Positions 1 through 7,053 of a stretch of 12,411 nt of DNA are shown piece by piece (the stretch's first letter is position 1; each line of letters begins with the position of its first letter). The position numbers were made by a program, and so were the translations under genes. The notes below the pieces were generated by a model. That model saw nothing but the letters and a program-made list of their open reading frames with translations, was not told the origin of the DNA and ran no database searches. The DNA lies in the NCBI GenBank assembly GCA_041586955.1, contig JBFGZE010000089.1, positions 1 through 12,411 on the forward strand. Direction: 5' to 3'. The DNA is from Bacteriovoracaceae bacterium (GTDB lineage Bacteria > Bdellovibrionota > Bacteriovoracia > Bacteriovoracales > Bacteriovoracaceae).

Positions 1-49
1 AGTGGAAAAAAGTATATTCGGTATATTTGTAAAAACTTAATGAAGATCA

Positions 50-86
50 ATTAAAAGGCCTATCGTTTTAAGATAGGCCTTTTAAT
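50..86. terminator. Bidirectional intrinsic terminator
   Basis: Perfect 15-bp inverted repeat ATTAAAAGGCCTATC (50-64) / GATAGGCCTTTTAAT (72-86), 7-nt loop, T-run on both strands; 20 nt downstream of the 107-268 gene stop. Confidence 0.85.
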
Positions 87-106
87 CAAATATTAGTTTA
101 TGTGGT

Positions 107-268
107 TTAGTTATTTTTACAATAAAGACTTGTTGTTATTCCTAAGTCCTGTTGACGAGAGCAGCTTTCGCTAGGAGCAGTTTCGTTTTGTTGTGTACCT
201 AACTTAGGAGGCTCGGCCAAAGCAAAAATTGAAATGATACAGAATGTGATTAAAATAAAATTTTTCAT
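107..268 (-). CDS. Small secreted two-Cys peptide, paralog 1 (53 aa; not in the ORF track)
   Basis: Manual translation: MKNFILITFCIISIFALAEPPKLGTQQNETAPSESCSRQQDLGITTSLYCKNN*. SD AAGGAG at 275-280, Sec signal ending ALA|EPPKL, clear paralogy to 461-658, own terminator. Confidence 0.85.
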   Translation of the reverse strand: MKNFILITFCIISIFALAEPPKLGTQQNETAPSESCSRQQDLGITTSLYCKNN

Positions 269-296
269 GACCTACTCCTTGGCCTTCTTTCAACTA

Positions 297-330
297 CAAT
301 ATAATGATTCCCCTCAATAAAATATACTTA
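297..330 (-). promoter_or_regulatory. Conserved upstream promoter/operator block of peptide gene 1
   Basis: Minus strand TAAGTATATTTTATT-N11-TTATATTG. Both boxes are identical exactly 390 nt away (687-720) while the spacer has diverged. TATATT is -10-like. Confidence 0.6.
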
Positions 331-406
331 CGTTTTTATGAAGCGCCTTAACTATATTTGTAAAATTTGATACTTAGATGATGAGATAGTGGGTGAGTGC
401 TGTTGC

Positions 407-442
407 AAAAAAAAAAGGCCTAGTAAATTACCTTGGCCTTTT
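407..442 (-). terminator. Intrinsic terminator of peptide gene 2
   Basis: Minus strand AAAAGGCCAAGGTAATTTACTAGGCC followed by T10; imperfect GGCC-closed stem 18 nt after the stop. Shares AAAAGGCC/GGCCTTTT ends with the 50-86 terminator. Confidence 0.75.
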
Positions 443-460
443 GTTTTTGATGAATTTGGT

Positions 461-658
461 TTAGCTATTAGAGCAATAAAGTGATTTTTTATGTCTTCTT
501 ACTGTGTTTGAATAAACAGTAGGTCTTCCTTTGAAATTGTCTTTTTGAGAACAAACTTCTCTTTTAGCGGCCTCTCGTTCTTGTGAGCTTAATTTAGGAG
601 GTTCGGCAAAGGCCATGATTGAAACGATTCCAACGAAGATTAAGATAAAATTTTTCAT
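461..658 (-). CDS. Small secreted two-Cys peptide, paralog 2 (65 aa)
   Basis: Track ORF 461-664; start moved to ATG at 658 because SD AGGGAG lies at 665-670 and the paralog begins MKNFILI. Signal peptide AFA|EPPKL; C36 and C62 align with C36 and C50 of paralog 1. Confidence 0.85.
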   Translation of the reverse strand: MKNFILIFVGIVSIMAFAEPPKLSSQEREAAKREVCSQKDNFKGRPTVYSNTVRRHKKSLYCSNS

Positions 659-686
659 GACCAACTCCCTAGTCTCTTTCTGAGGC

Positions 687-720
687 CAATATAAATAAAC
701 TGGTAAATAAAATATACTTA
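687..720 (-). promoter_or_regulatory. Conserved upstream promoter/operator block of peptide gene 2
   Basis: Plus-strand CAATATAA (687-694) and AATAAAATATACTTA (706-720) are identical to 297-304 and 316-330. Confidence 0.6.
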
Positions 721-836
721 TGGTTTTAAGGTATTTCTTAAATGTGATTGTAATTTCGAGATGTTAACTAGCAAAAAAGGGTAAGAATAAAGAGAGCTTG
801 ATTTAACGAATCGCTTGGATGGGGACTTATAGCAAA

Positions 837-2570
837 TTAGAATTTATATTCGTAACCTAATCCGTAATAATGTTGAAGGTCAATACTACCATTGCGTTCA
901 ATTTCCTCTTGTCCAAAATCACGGGAGTTACGGTTATCATCGTGAGCGACACCTGTAGTGAGGTAGAAGTAACCATTACGAGAAAGATGCCACCTTTTTG
1001 TCACCTGGACTCCGGCTTTAATATCCTGTTCCCCATCGTCATAATACTTACCTTCGGTATAAAGGCGGGCCTCCCATGAGGGGTATTTATTATTATTAAT
1101 ATTTTCTGTAGCATAAACTAATTCAATGTGACCTTGGGCGGTGATATAACGATTCTCATCACCGCCAGTGCTGAATTGGCGGCCGAGATAAATATTACCT
1201 TTCGTACTCCAATGCTCGCCAGTCGCTATTTCGATTTCTTTGCCGATTCCTATTTCCGCTCCATAGCGTACTCGATCTTTTACATGGGGGACATTATTAT
1301 ATTGGTAGGTTTTATTTTTCATAAACTTCTTATGCCAGGCCTCTTGTATTTTAAGAGCAAGACCACCTTTATCACTAAGAACTTCTCTTTTTCCTACGAC
1401 TTTGGCGTAAACTTTATTGGTTCCAAACTCACGACGAATGGCCACTTTAACGCCATCAATGGTGAGAAATTCTTGGTAGGAACGGCCATCTTTGTCTGTA
1501 TAGCTCATTATATTAAAGGATTGATTTCCAATTTTAATTTTTGTTGGTCTTTTGACCAATCGTGAATAACCTGTTGTATACCGGGATACTGTGATTCCGC
1601 CTTTTTCAAAAGCAAGCTGTGCTGATACATCGATGCCTAGGGTTTCTCCTCGGTCATCACCTTCCGGTTTTTTTCCATGCTTTGTAATACCGGCACCATG
1701 GTCAGTAAGTGCACCATGAAGAATATTGTCATTGGCAGTCATTAAATGGACTGTCAGGCCGGTTAATTCCCCTAGGCCAAAGAAGCCATCTTGATTCATT
1801 TTCTTTTTCATTAATTGCTGGTTGAAATTGATTTCATCCATTGTGTCATTACGGTAAGAGACTCGAGTAATAGTAAGCGCGGTATTGTATGGGCCGATTT
1901 TTTTTCTTTGGGCACAATCATCATCAACAGTTCTGTTGGCGATGGCCAGCGCCTGGTCTCTCATAAGAAGGGCATCTTTTAGCATTTCTTTCGCGCCAGG
2001 TTTTGCATAACCTTGAAGAATGGAGTGATTGCGTAATCGTGTCGTAAGAGTAGGTATATCTTCAGGGTTAAGGTCTAACAGGTGACGAGTCATTAGTTTG
2101 CTATACTCATCACGTGGGTATTGGTAGGTTTTATCTCCTATTGTAAAAATATATTGATCATTGCCTGAATCGAAATTGACACGAACTTTATTTCCTCTGA
2201 CGGTGTCCTGAAAAAGAAGATGAAACCTTTTCATGGAGACGGGCCTGGTGAGAGGGGCGATGGGGTGAGTCTTTTTTTGATTGCTCAATTTAGTTTGAGT
2301 TATGAGAGTGTTATAATGAGCGCTTAATTGAGTTTTAAGATTTTTAAAATCACTTCTTTTAACACCAAATTGATGGCGCTCAAGAAGCTTTTGATAATCG
2401 GTATGAGGGTAATTATAAGCTCGAACACCTTCAGAAAAAGTATATTGATTGGTCTTGCTATCAAAATGAATAGAGACCTGTTTGCCTCGAATTGTATCTT
2501 GAAATAAAAGCTCTTTTGTCGTTATTGGGAAGATTATCCCTAACAAGGCCATGGCGATTAATTTTTTCAT
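837..2570 (-). CDS. Exported/outer-membrane protein: tandem N-terminal 65-aa domains plus C-terminal beta-barrel with LpxR (lipid A 3'-O-deacylase)-like motifs
   Basis: 577-aa ORF, SD GAGGGG (2577-2582), MKK plus hydrophobic N-terminus, beta-signal-like end YYGLGYEYKF, alternating amphipathic strands after aa ~270, motifs AND(279-281), DRGETxG(306-312), QEAWH(409-413). The CDS is secure; the LpxR assignment is tentative. Confidence 0.6.
   Translation of the reverse strand: MKKLIAMALLGIIFPITTKELLFQDTIRGKQVSIHFDSKTNQYTFSEGVRAYNYPHTDYQKLLERHQFGVKRSDFKNLKTQLSAHYNTLITQTKLSNQKKTHPIAPLTRPVSMKRFHLLFQDTVRGNKVRVNFDSGNDQYIFTIGDKTYQYPRDEYSKLMTRHLLDLNPEDIPTLTTRLRNHSILQGYAKPGAKEMLKDALLMRDQALAIANRTVDDDCAQRKKIGPYNTALTITRVSYRNDTMDEINFNQQLMKKKMNQDGFFGLGELTGLTVHLMTANDNILHGALTDHGAGITKHGKKPEGDDRGETLGIDVSAQLAFEKGGITVSRYTTGYSRLVKRPTKIKIGNQSFNIMSYTDKDGRSYQEFLTIDGVKVAIRREFGTNKVYAKVVGKREVLSDKGGLALKIQEAWHKKFMKNKTYQYNNVPHVKDRVRYGAEIGIGKEIEIATGEHWSTKGNIYLGRQFSTGGDENRYITAQGHIELVYATENINNNKYPSWEARLYTEGKYYDDGEQDIKAGVQVTKRWHLSRNGYFYLTTGVAHDDNRNSRDFGQEEIERNGSIDLQHYYGLGYEYKF
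2025..2510 (-). repeat. Intragenic protein-level repeat (aa 21-85 and aa 118-182)
   Basis: Gapless alignment of LLFQDTIRG...QLSAH with LLFQDTVRG...RLRNH, 29/65 identities by hand count; nt 2316-2510 and 2025-2219. Confidence 0.9.
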
Positions 2571-2590
2571 AAAAGTCCCCTCAATAATAT

Positions 2591-2617
2591 TTATCGGATT
2601 TTAGAGGTGGTTTTTAA
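2591..2617 (-). promoter_or_regulatory. Putative sigma-28 (FliA) promoter of the 577-aa gene
   Basis: Minus strand TTAA-N15-TCCGATAA versus consensus TAAA-N15-GCCGATAA; the -10 box ends 8 nt upstream of the SD. Confidence 0.6.
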
Positions 2618-2651
2618 GGGAAATGATCACAGAGGAAGATAAATTGTTAAA

Positions 2652-2664
2652 TATCAATAGGTTA
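2652..2664 (+). promoter_or_regulatory. IHF consensus match
   Basis: TATCAATAGGTTA is a perfect match to WATCAANNNNTTR in intergenic DNA, but it is short and AT-rich so may be chance. Confidence 0.3.
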
Positions 2665-2684
2665 TATGTTGAAGGGGAGGAGGA

Positions 2685-3566
2685 CTAAGATTTAAAGGAG
2701 GATACCCAGGTTTGCCATAGCCCCTCGTGACGAACACCTTTAAGTCCAAATCTCCCTTTTTTATAATCTCCTTTAAGGAAGGTCCCAAAAAGGAGGTCCC
2801 AAACGCTAAGCCAAACCCCTAAGTTGCTAGAGCAAGCAGGGCGATTTTTTTGGTGGTGAATTTGGTGCATGCGGGGGCTTATAAAAAGATATTCAAGGGG
2901 ACCGTAGCGCAGGGGAATATGGGAATGGCGCAAATTGGCCCCTAATAAGTTGAAGAAAAATCCAAGAAAATTCACACCGAGGACGTCATAACCACTAAGA
3001 GGAACTTTAAAAAGAAAAAGAAAAAATCCCGTTACGATACCAGTTCCAAGGACATTGCGAATACTCGAAAGAATAAGTTCCACTGGATGACTGCGAAAGA
3101 GAGTAAAGGGAGTGAGGATAAGGGCACTATGATGAACACTGTGAAAGCGCCAAAGAAAATCAGAGCGGTGCATAAGGTAATGTTGGTAGAAGCGCAGAAA
3201 GTCGAGGAAGATAAAATGAGATAATGTAAAAAGAAGCATCAGTTTTGTTTCTGATATGACTATTGCGCTAAATTGTGGCCAGATATGTAATAATATTTTT
3301 TGCAGGCTGATCGAGACTTGCAAAGAAGAAAAAAATAATGGTGTGAATATTAAAACCTTTAAAAGGGAATTGCTAAGCATTAATTGGATATCTAAAAGAT
3401 TAGAGGGATGTAGCCAATAATGCTTGCTCCATAAAATAGACAAAGGTTTCTTTGGTACGATTAAAAGGTAAATAAAGGCGATGACCGCAGAGGAGAGAAG
3501 ATAGGGCCAAAAAAGTCTTTGTTCAGGGGCAAAAAAGGGATTCAGAGAGTGAAAAAAGAAATCCAT
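2685..3566 (-). CDS. Sterol desaturase / fatty acid hydroxylase superfamily membrane di-iron enzyme
   Basis: His boxes HYLMH, HSVHH, RSHPVE, NLRHSH, HQIHH, then SNLGxxLSVWDLLFGT; several TM segments; ATG directly abuts the receptor stop (TAAATG). Confidence 0.9.
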   Translation of the reverse strand: MDFFFHSLNPFFAPEQRLFWPYLLSSAVIAFIYLLIVPKKPLSILWSKHYWLHPSNLLDIQLMLSNSLLKVLIFTPLFFSSLQVSISLQKILLHIWPQFSAIVISETKLMLLFTLSHFIFLDFLRFYQHYLMHRSDFLWRFHSVHHSALILTPFTLFRSHPVELILSSIRNVLGTGIVTGFFLFLFKVPLSGYDVLGVNFLGFFFNLLGANLRHSHIPLRYGPLEYLFISPRMHQIHHQKNRPACSSNLGVWLSVWDLLFGTFLKGDYKKGRFGLKGVRHEGLWQTWVSSFKS

Positions 3567-5735
3567 TTAAATATCTTGAACCCAGGAAACAGAGAGAGAG
3601 CGTGGTTTTCCGGGGCGCATTCCCATTGGGCGCAAACTGGCGATATAGGTGCGGTCTAAAAGGTTATCAACAAGAAGAGAGAGGCTGCCTGTTTTGGAAT
3701 ATTGATATTTAAGGTTAAAGTCGATGAGGCCACGGGCCGGTATTATTTTTCGACCTTCAGCAATTGCTTGGTCGGCCATTTTTCCGGTGTAATTAAAAGT
3801 CAAAGCACTGCTGATTTGTTTATAATTACTGCCTATCGAAATGCTGTATTGGTCGCGAGATATATAGGGAAGAGGATCACCTTTGCGAATAAGGCCCTTG
3901 CCCCACTCTTTATTATCGCTTTGAACGTTACTGGCGAAGTGACCCATCGTTTTTGTATAGCTAACGCTCAGGGGAAATTGGAATTGTCCGCGTTTAAGTG
4001 TTTTACTTGCTGAAAATTCGTAACCGAGAACCTTCGCCTCGCCGCCATTGAACTCTTGGTCGGCATCAGCTCCGGTACAGCCTGATGATGCAGTACAAGT
4101 GCCCTTTATATTATTATAATGAGTGTAGAATCCCGTTAGCTCACCTTTAAAGAATTTATTATGGCGAACACCAAACTCAAAATTATTTGATTTTTCAGGC
4201 ATCACTTCTTTTGTTTGACCTGGGCCGTTTAAGGTTAACCCGTGGATATAGCCACCATTAATGGAGAAGGAATCAAAAAATTGATAATTGAAATTGGCGG
4301 AGGGAATAAGGTAAGGGGAGTCTGTATTCTTTTGATCAAGGTTTTGGTAAATATTTTCTCGTCGGTATTGCACGTATTCTAGCCGGGAGCCGATATTAAT
4401 AATTAAATTTTTATAGGAAATTTCATCGCCGGCATAGAGAGTCAGGGCGCGGGCCGAATCATGGTTATAATTGCTAGCAATCTCTCCTAAGTCGATCGTC
4501 TTTAGAAATTGTTTCTCCATGACATGATCTTCGATAGTATGCGCCCGTTTAATCTGGTCGGTATGAACCCGTAATCCCAAATTAACGAGGTGGTAACTAT
4601 CGAGTGGTCCTTTTAAATCGAGGGATAAATTATTCTGAAGACCCATACTGGTATAGCGACGGCGGTTGTGACCGATAACTAAAAGCTCATCCTGATTATT
4701 GGGGTTAGAGTTTCTCCTTCCCTGTAGGATCGCATGCTGGATGGGGTAATCTTCAGGACTGTTTAAAACATCTTCAATGCTAGGGCCTGAGGCAAAACCA
4801 TTAACTTTTGACCAATCACGGACGAATTGGCGGTAATAAAAGGTGTTCTTTAATTTAATATAAGATGAAATTTTATTGGTGAGTGCCCATTCACCTTGGT
4901 AATGAGTCCAATTCATTAAATCATTACTGGTACTATTATATCGCTGATAAGGGTTTATTTGAAAATCAGCTTGCGACAGTCCTAAGTACGTTTCATGAGA
5001 TTTTTCGGTGGCGTAATTGAATTTTGTATCAAGTCGCCCGTTGGAAGACGGCAATATTTTAGACAATCTTATTTGGTTCTTTAAGTGGAGATCAACTTTT
5101 TCAAACCCGGTCTTGGCACCATTTGAAAGGCTTTTGAACCCCTTTCCTTTTAGGTGATTGGCCTGGAATAAAGTTCCAATTCCCTGATGAAATCCACCCG
5201 TTTGCATTTTTGCGTGGCGAATAGGTCCTAATTTTAATTTAAGATTATGGCGTTTTTTTTCAGGGATAACCGCGGTTTTCAAATTGACGGCACCTCCAAG
5301 AGAATTGGGGCCATAGGCTCCAGCACTGGTGCCTTTAAACACATCCATACCTTCCATTTTCTCCATCAGAGGAAAATAATAAGCAGCAGGAGCGGAATAG
5401 GGAGCTGGTCCAATTAATAGGCCATCTTCAAGGATTGTGACTTTTTTACTACGATGGGGGTGGGTCCCACGAAAACCAATATTAGGCCTTAGTCCTTCTC
5501 CATCTTCTTCTTGGAGAAAAACTCCGGGAACTTTCTTTAAAATACGGTGAACATCGGTATATTGATTTTTTTTCAATTCTTGCTTATTGAGGCTCGTTTT
5601 TGATCCAGAAGCTAGAAAGTCCTCATCTTCATCAGCACCTATAACATAAATGGTATCACCCTCTAGGACCTGAGTTGAGGTCTGGGCCCAGGTAAAAGGT
5701 GAGAACAATAGTAGAAACCAGATCGCCTTGCTCAT
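3567..5735 (-). CDS. TonB-dependent receptor, FecA-like iron transporter
   Basis: Signal peptide ending TWA|Q, TonB-box-like DTIYVIG, plug motifs LKKVPGV, EEDGEGLRPNIGFRG and YGPNSLGGAVNL, barrel motifs PEKSNNFEFG, VDNLLDRTY and PGKPRS. Start overlaps the imelysin stop (TAATG). Confidence 0.92.
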   Translation of the reverse strand: MSKAIWFLLLFSPFTWAQTSTQVLEGDTIYVIGADEDEDFLASGSKTSLNKQELKKNQYTDVHRILKKVPGVFLQEEDGEGLRPNIGFRGTHPHRSKKVTILEDGLLIGPAPYSAPAAYYFPLMEKMEGMDVFKGTSAGAYGPNSLGGAVNLKTAVIPEKKRHNLKLKLGPIRHAKMQTGGFHQGIGTLFQANHLKGKGFKSLSNGAKTGFEKVDLHLKNQIRLSKILPSSNGRLDTKFNYATEKSHETYLGLSQADFQINPYQRYNSTSNDLMNWTHYQGEWALTNKISSYIKLKNTFYYRQFVRDWSKVNGFASGPSIEDVLNSPEDYPIQHAILQGRRNSNPNNQDELLVIGHNRRRYTSMGLQNNLSLDLKGPLDSYHLVNLGLRVHTDQIKRAHTIEDHVMEKQFLKTIDLGEIASNYNHDSARALTLYAGDEISYKNLIINIGSRLEYVQYRRENIYQNLDQKNTDSPYLIPSANFNYQFFDSFSINGGYIHGLTLNGPGQTKEVMPEKSNNFEFGVRHNKFFKGELTGFYTHYNNIKGTCTASSGCTGADADQEFNGGEAKVLGYEFSASKTLKRGQFQFPLSVSYTKTMGHFASNVQSDNKEWGKGLIRKGDPLPYISRDQYSISIGSNYKQISSALTFNYTGKMADQAIAEGRKIIPARGLIDFNLKYQYSKTGSLSLLVDNLLDRTYIASLRPMGMRPGKPRSLSVSWVQDI

Positions 5736-6997
5736 TAATCGTTATCTCCCTGGGCATTACGGGGTGCCCTAATTTCTGTTAAAACAGCGAGGAAATCGAC
5801 TTTGAAAAAAGAATCAAGGGCGCGGATATTTTGATAGAGTTGGCAAGGACCATTTTTAATATTGTCATTTTGGCAATGAGGGGTACCTTGGGCCAAGGCC
5901 TCATTCCAATCACCTTTTGCTAATAAAGAGTCTAATTGGGTGAGAATTGTCTCAAAAAGGGTTTGTACATTTTTATCAATATGGGCAAAACCAGATTTTT
6001 TTAAATAATCGTTAAAACCAAAACCTTCAAAGCCATTATAGATTCCCAGTATGGTTTTGATATTGATTTTAAGGGCCCAAAGTCCTTTATTGGTAAGGAG
6101 ATGTTCTCTTTTATCTAAACATGAATCTTCCTCACAGCCTTCATATGTACCGAGGGGAAGACCTACCTTTTGGTCTTTAACTAAACGATCGATAACAAAG
6201 AGGCCGCGTGAAATTGTAGAGACATGAGAGAGAATCTTCTTATGATCTTTTTCCAGGAGAATCGTTCCGATCAGATTATTTTCTTTAATTGACCATGCCT
6301 GATTGATGGCATGAGTTTTTGATAATAATTGGTCGGTGATTAGCTCCATATATTCACAACGTTGGTTGAACTTTACCTTTAAGTCCTGAGCGATCCAGGC
6401 ATCTAATAATTCATCACGTGCGCTACAGGCGGTATCAAAACGATCATCACTGATGAGATATTCAAGTGCGTCGAGGCCACTAAAAACGGGATTCGAATGA
6501 AGTTTTGGTACACGGGAGCGAGACTTTTTAATCATTTGATAATCAAGTCCACAATAATTAATTGCTGGCCAGGAATAGAGAGGTTTAAGAAGATAGGCCT
6601 CTTGTCTATTGAAAGGACCAAAGTCAAAAACTTCTAATTGGTGGACAATGTCCATCATGTTTTGCCATTGGTCTAAGAGTTTAGGCCTATCAGCTTTTAA
6701 CAATTTATCAAGGGTCGGTGAGCGTTTACCTTTGAGGCAATAGCTAGAGGTTTCTTTTTGTAGATTGAGGGCGGCTTGAGTTAATTGCTCTAGGCGTACC
6801 TTGGTGCCATTATAGGCAATATTAAGGACCATTTTTTTTAGCGAGAAGCTCCCCTGATTCAGGTCCAGGAGGTTGAGTACGGGGTCCGGTTTTTCTTTTT
6901 CATTAGATTTTGTTTCACCAACTACAATATTGTCTTGGGTGAACTCTTGGCAGCTAAACGCAAAAATTGCCAGGCAGGCAATAAGAGGAAACTTCAT
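5735..6997 (-). CDS. Imelysin-like (peptidase M75 fold) iron-uptake lipoprotein
   Basis: Lipobox AFS|C16, LYSWP motif, GLDALEYL (variant of GxHxxE), paired Cys residues, acidic GDND C-terminus, SD AAGGA (7004-7008), and position beside a TBDR and a DUF4856-like gene. Confidence 0.8.
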   Translation of the reverse strand: MKFPLIACLAIFAFSCQEFTQDNIVVGETKSNEKEKPDPVLNLLDLNQGSFSLKKMVLNIAYNGTKVRLEQLTQAALNLQKETSSYCLKGKRSPTLDKLLKADRPKLLDQWQNMMDIVHQLEVFDFGPFNRQEAYLLKPLYSWPAINYCGLDYQMIKKSRSRVPKLHSNPVFSGLDALEYLISDDRFDTACSARDELLDAWIAQDLKVKFNQRCEYMELITDQLLSKTHAINQAWSIKENNLIGTILLEKDHKKILSHVSTISRGLFVIDRLVKDQKVGLPLGTYEGCEEDSCLDKREHLLTNKGLWALKINIKTILGIYNGFEGFGFNDYLKKSGFAHIDKNVQTLFETILTQLDSLLAKGDWNEALAQGTPHCQNDNIKNGPCQLYQNIRALDSFFKVDFLAVLTEIRAPRNAQGDND

Positions 6998-7013
6998 TAA
7001 TGATCCTTAATTG

Positions 7014-7042
7014 AAAAGAGAGGAACTCATAAGTTCCTCTCT
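7014..7042 (-). terminator. Intra-operon hairpin (weak terminator or mRNA stability element)
   Basis: Perfect 11-bp stem AGAGAGGAACT (7017-7027) / AGTTCCTCTCT (7032-7042), 4-nt loop, only a short T-run on the minus strand. Confidence 0.7.
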
Positions 7043-7053
7043 CAGTACCTTTT

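Larger units (their letters stand above)
50..753. repeat. Diverged tandem duplication of a terminator-gene-promoter cassette (~390-bp offset)
   Basis: Start codons (268/658), ATAAAATTTTTCATGACC, upstream boxes, CTTA (347/737) and TTGTAA (358/748) are all offset by exactly 390 nt. Confidence 0.8.

Noticed and set aside
1..54. Possible 3' end of a plus-strand gene (frame 1 SGKKYIRYICKNLMKIN*) converging on the 50-86 terminator; TATATTTGTAAAA (22-34) also matches 353-365
   Set aside because: Too short to fix the frame, since all three plus frames are open from the edge. The 13-mer offset (331) does not fit the 390-bp unit, so a third peptide cassette cannot be claimed.
870..1565. Plus-strand ORFs 870-1079 and 1128-1565
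   Set aside because: Antisense shadows fully inside the 577-aa gene, with no recognisable motifs.
3702..4013. Plus-strand 103-aa ORF
   Set aside because: Antisense shadow of the TonB-dependent receptor.
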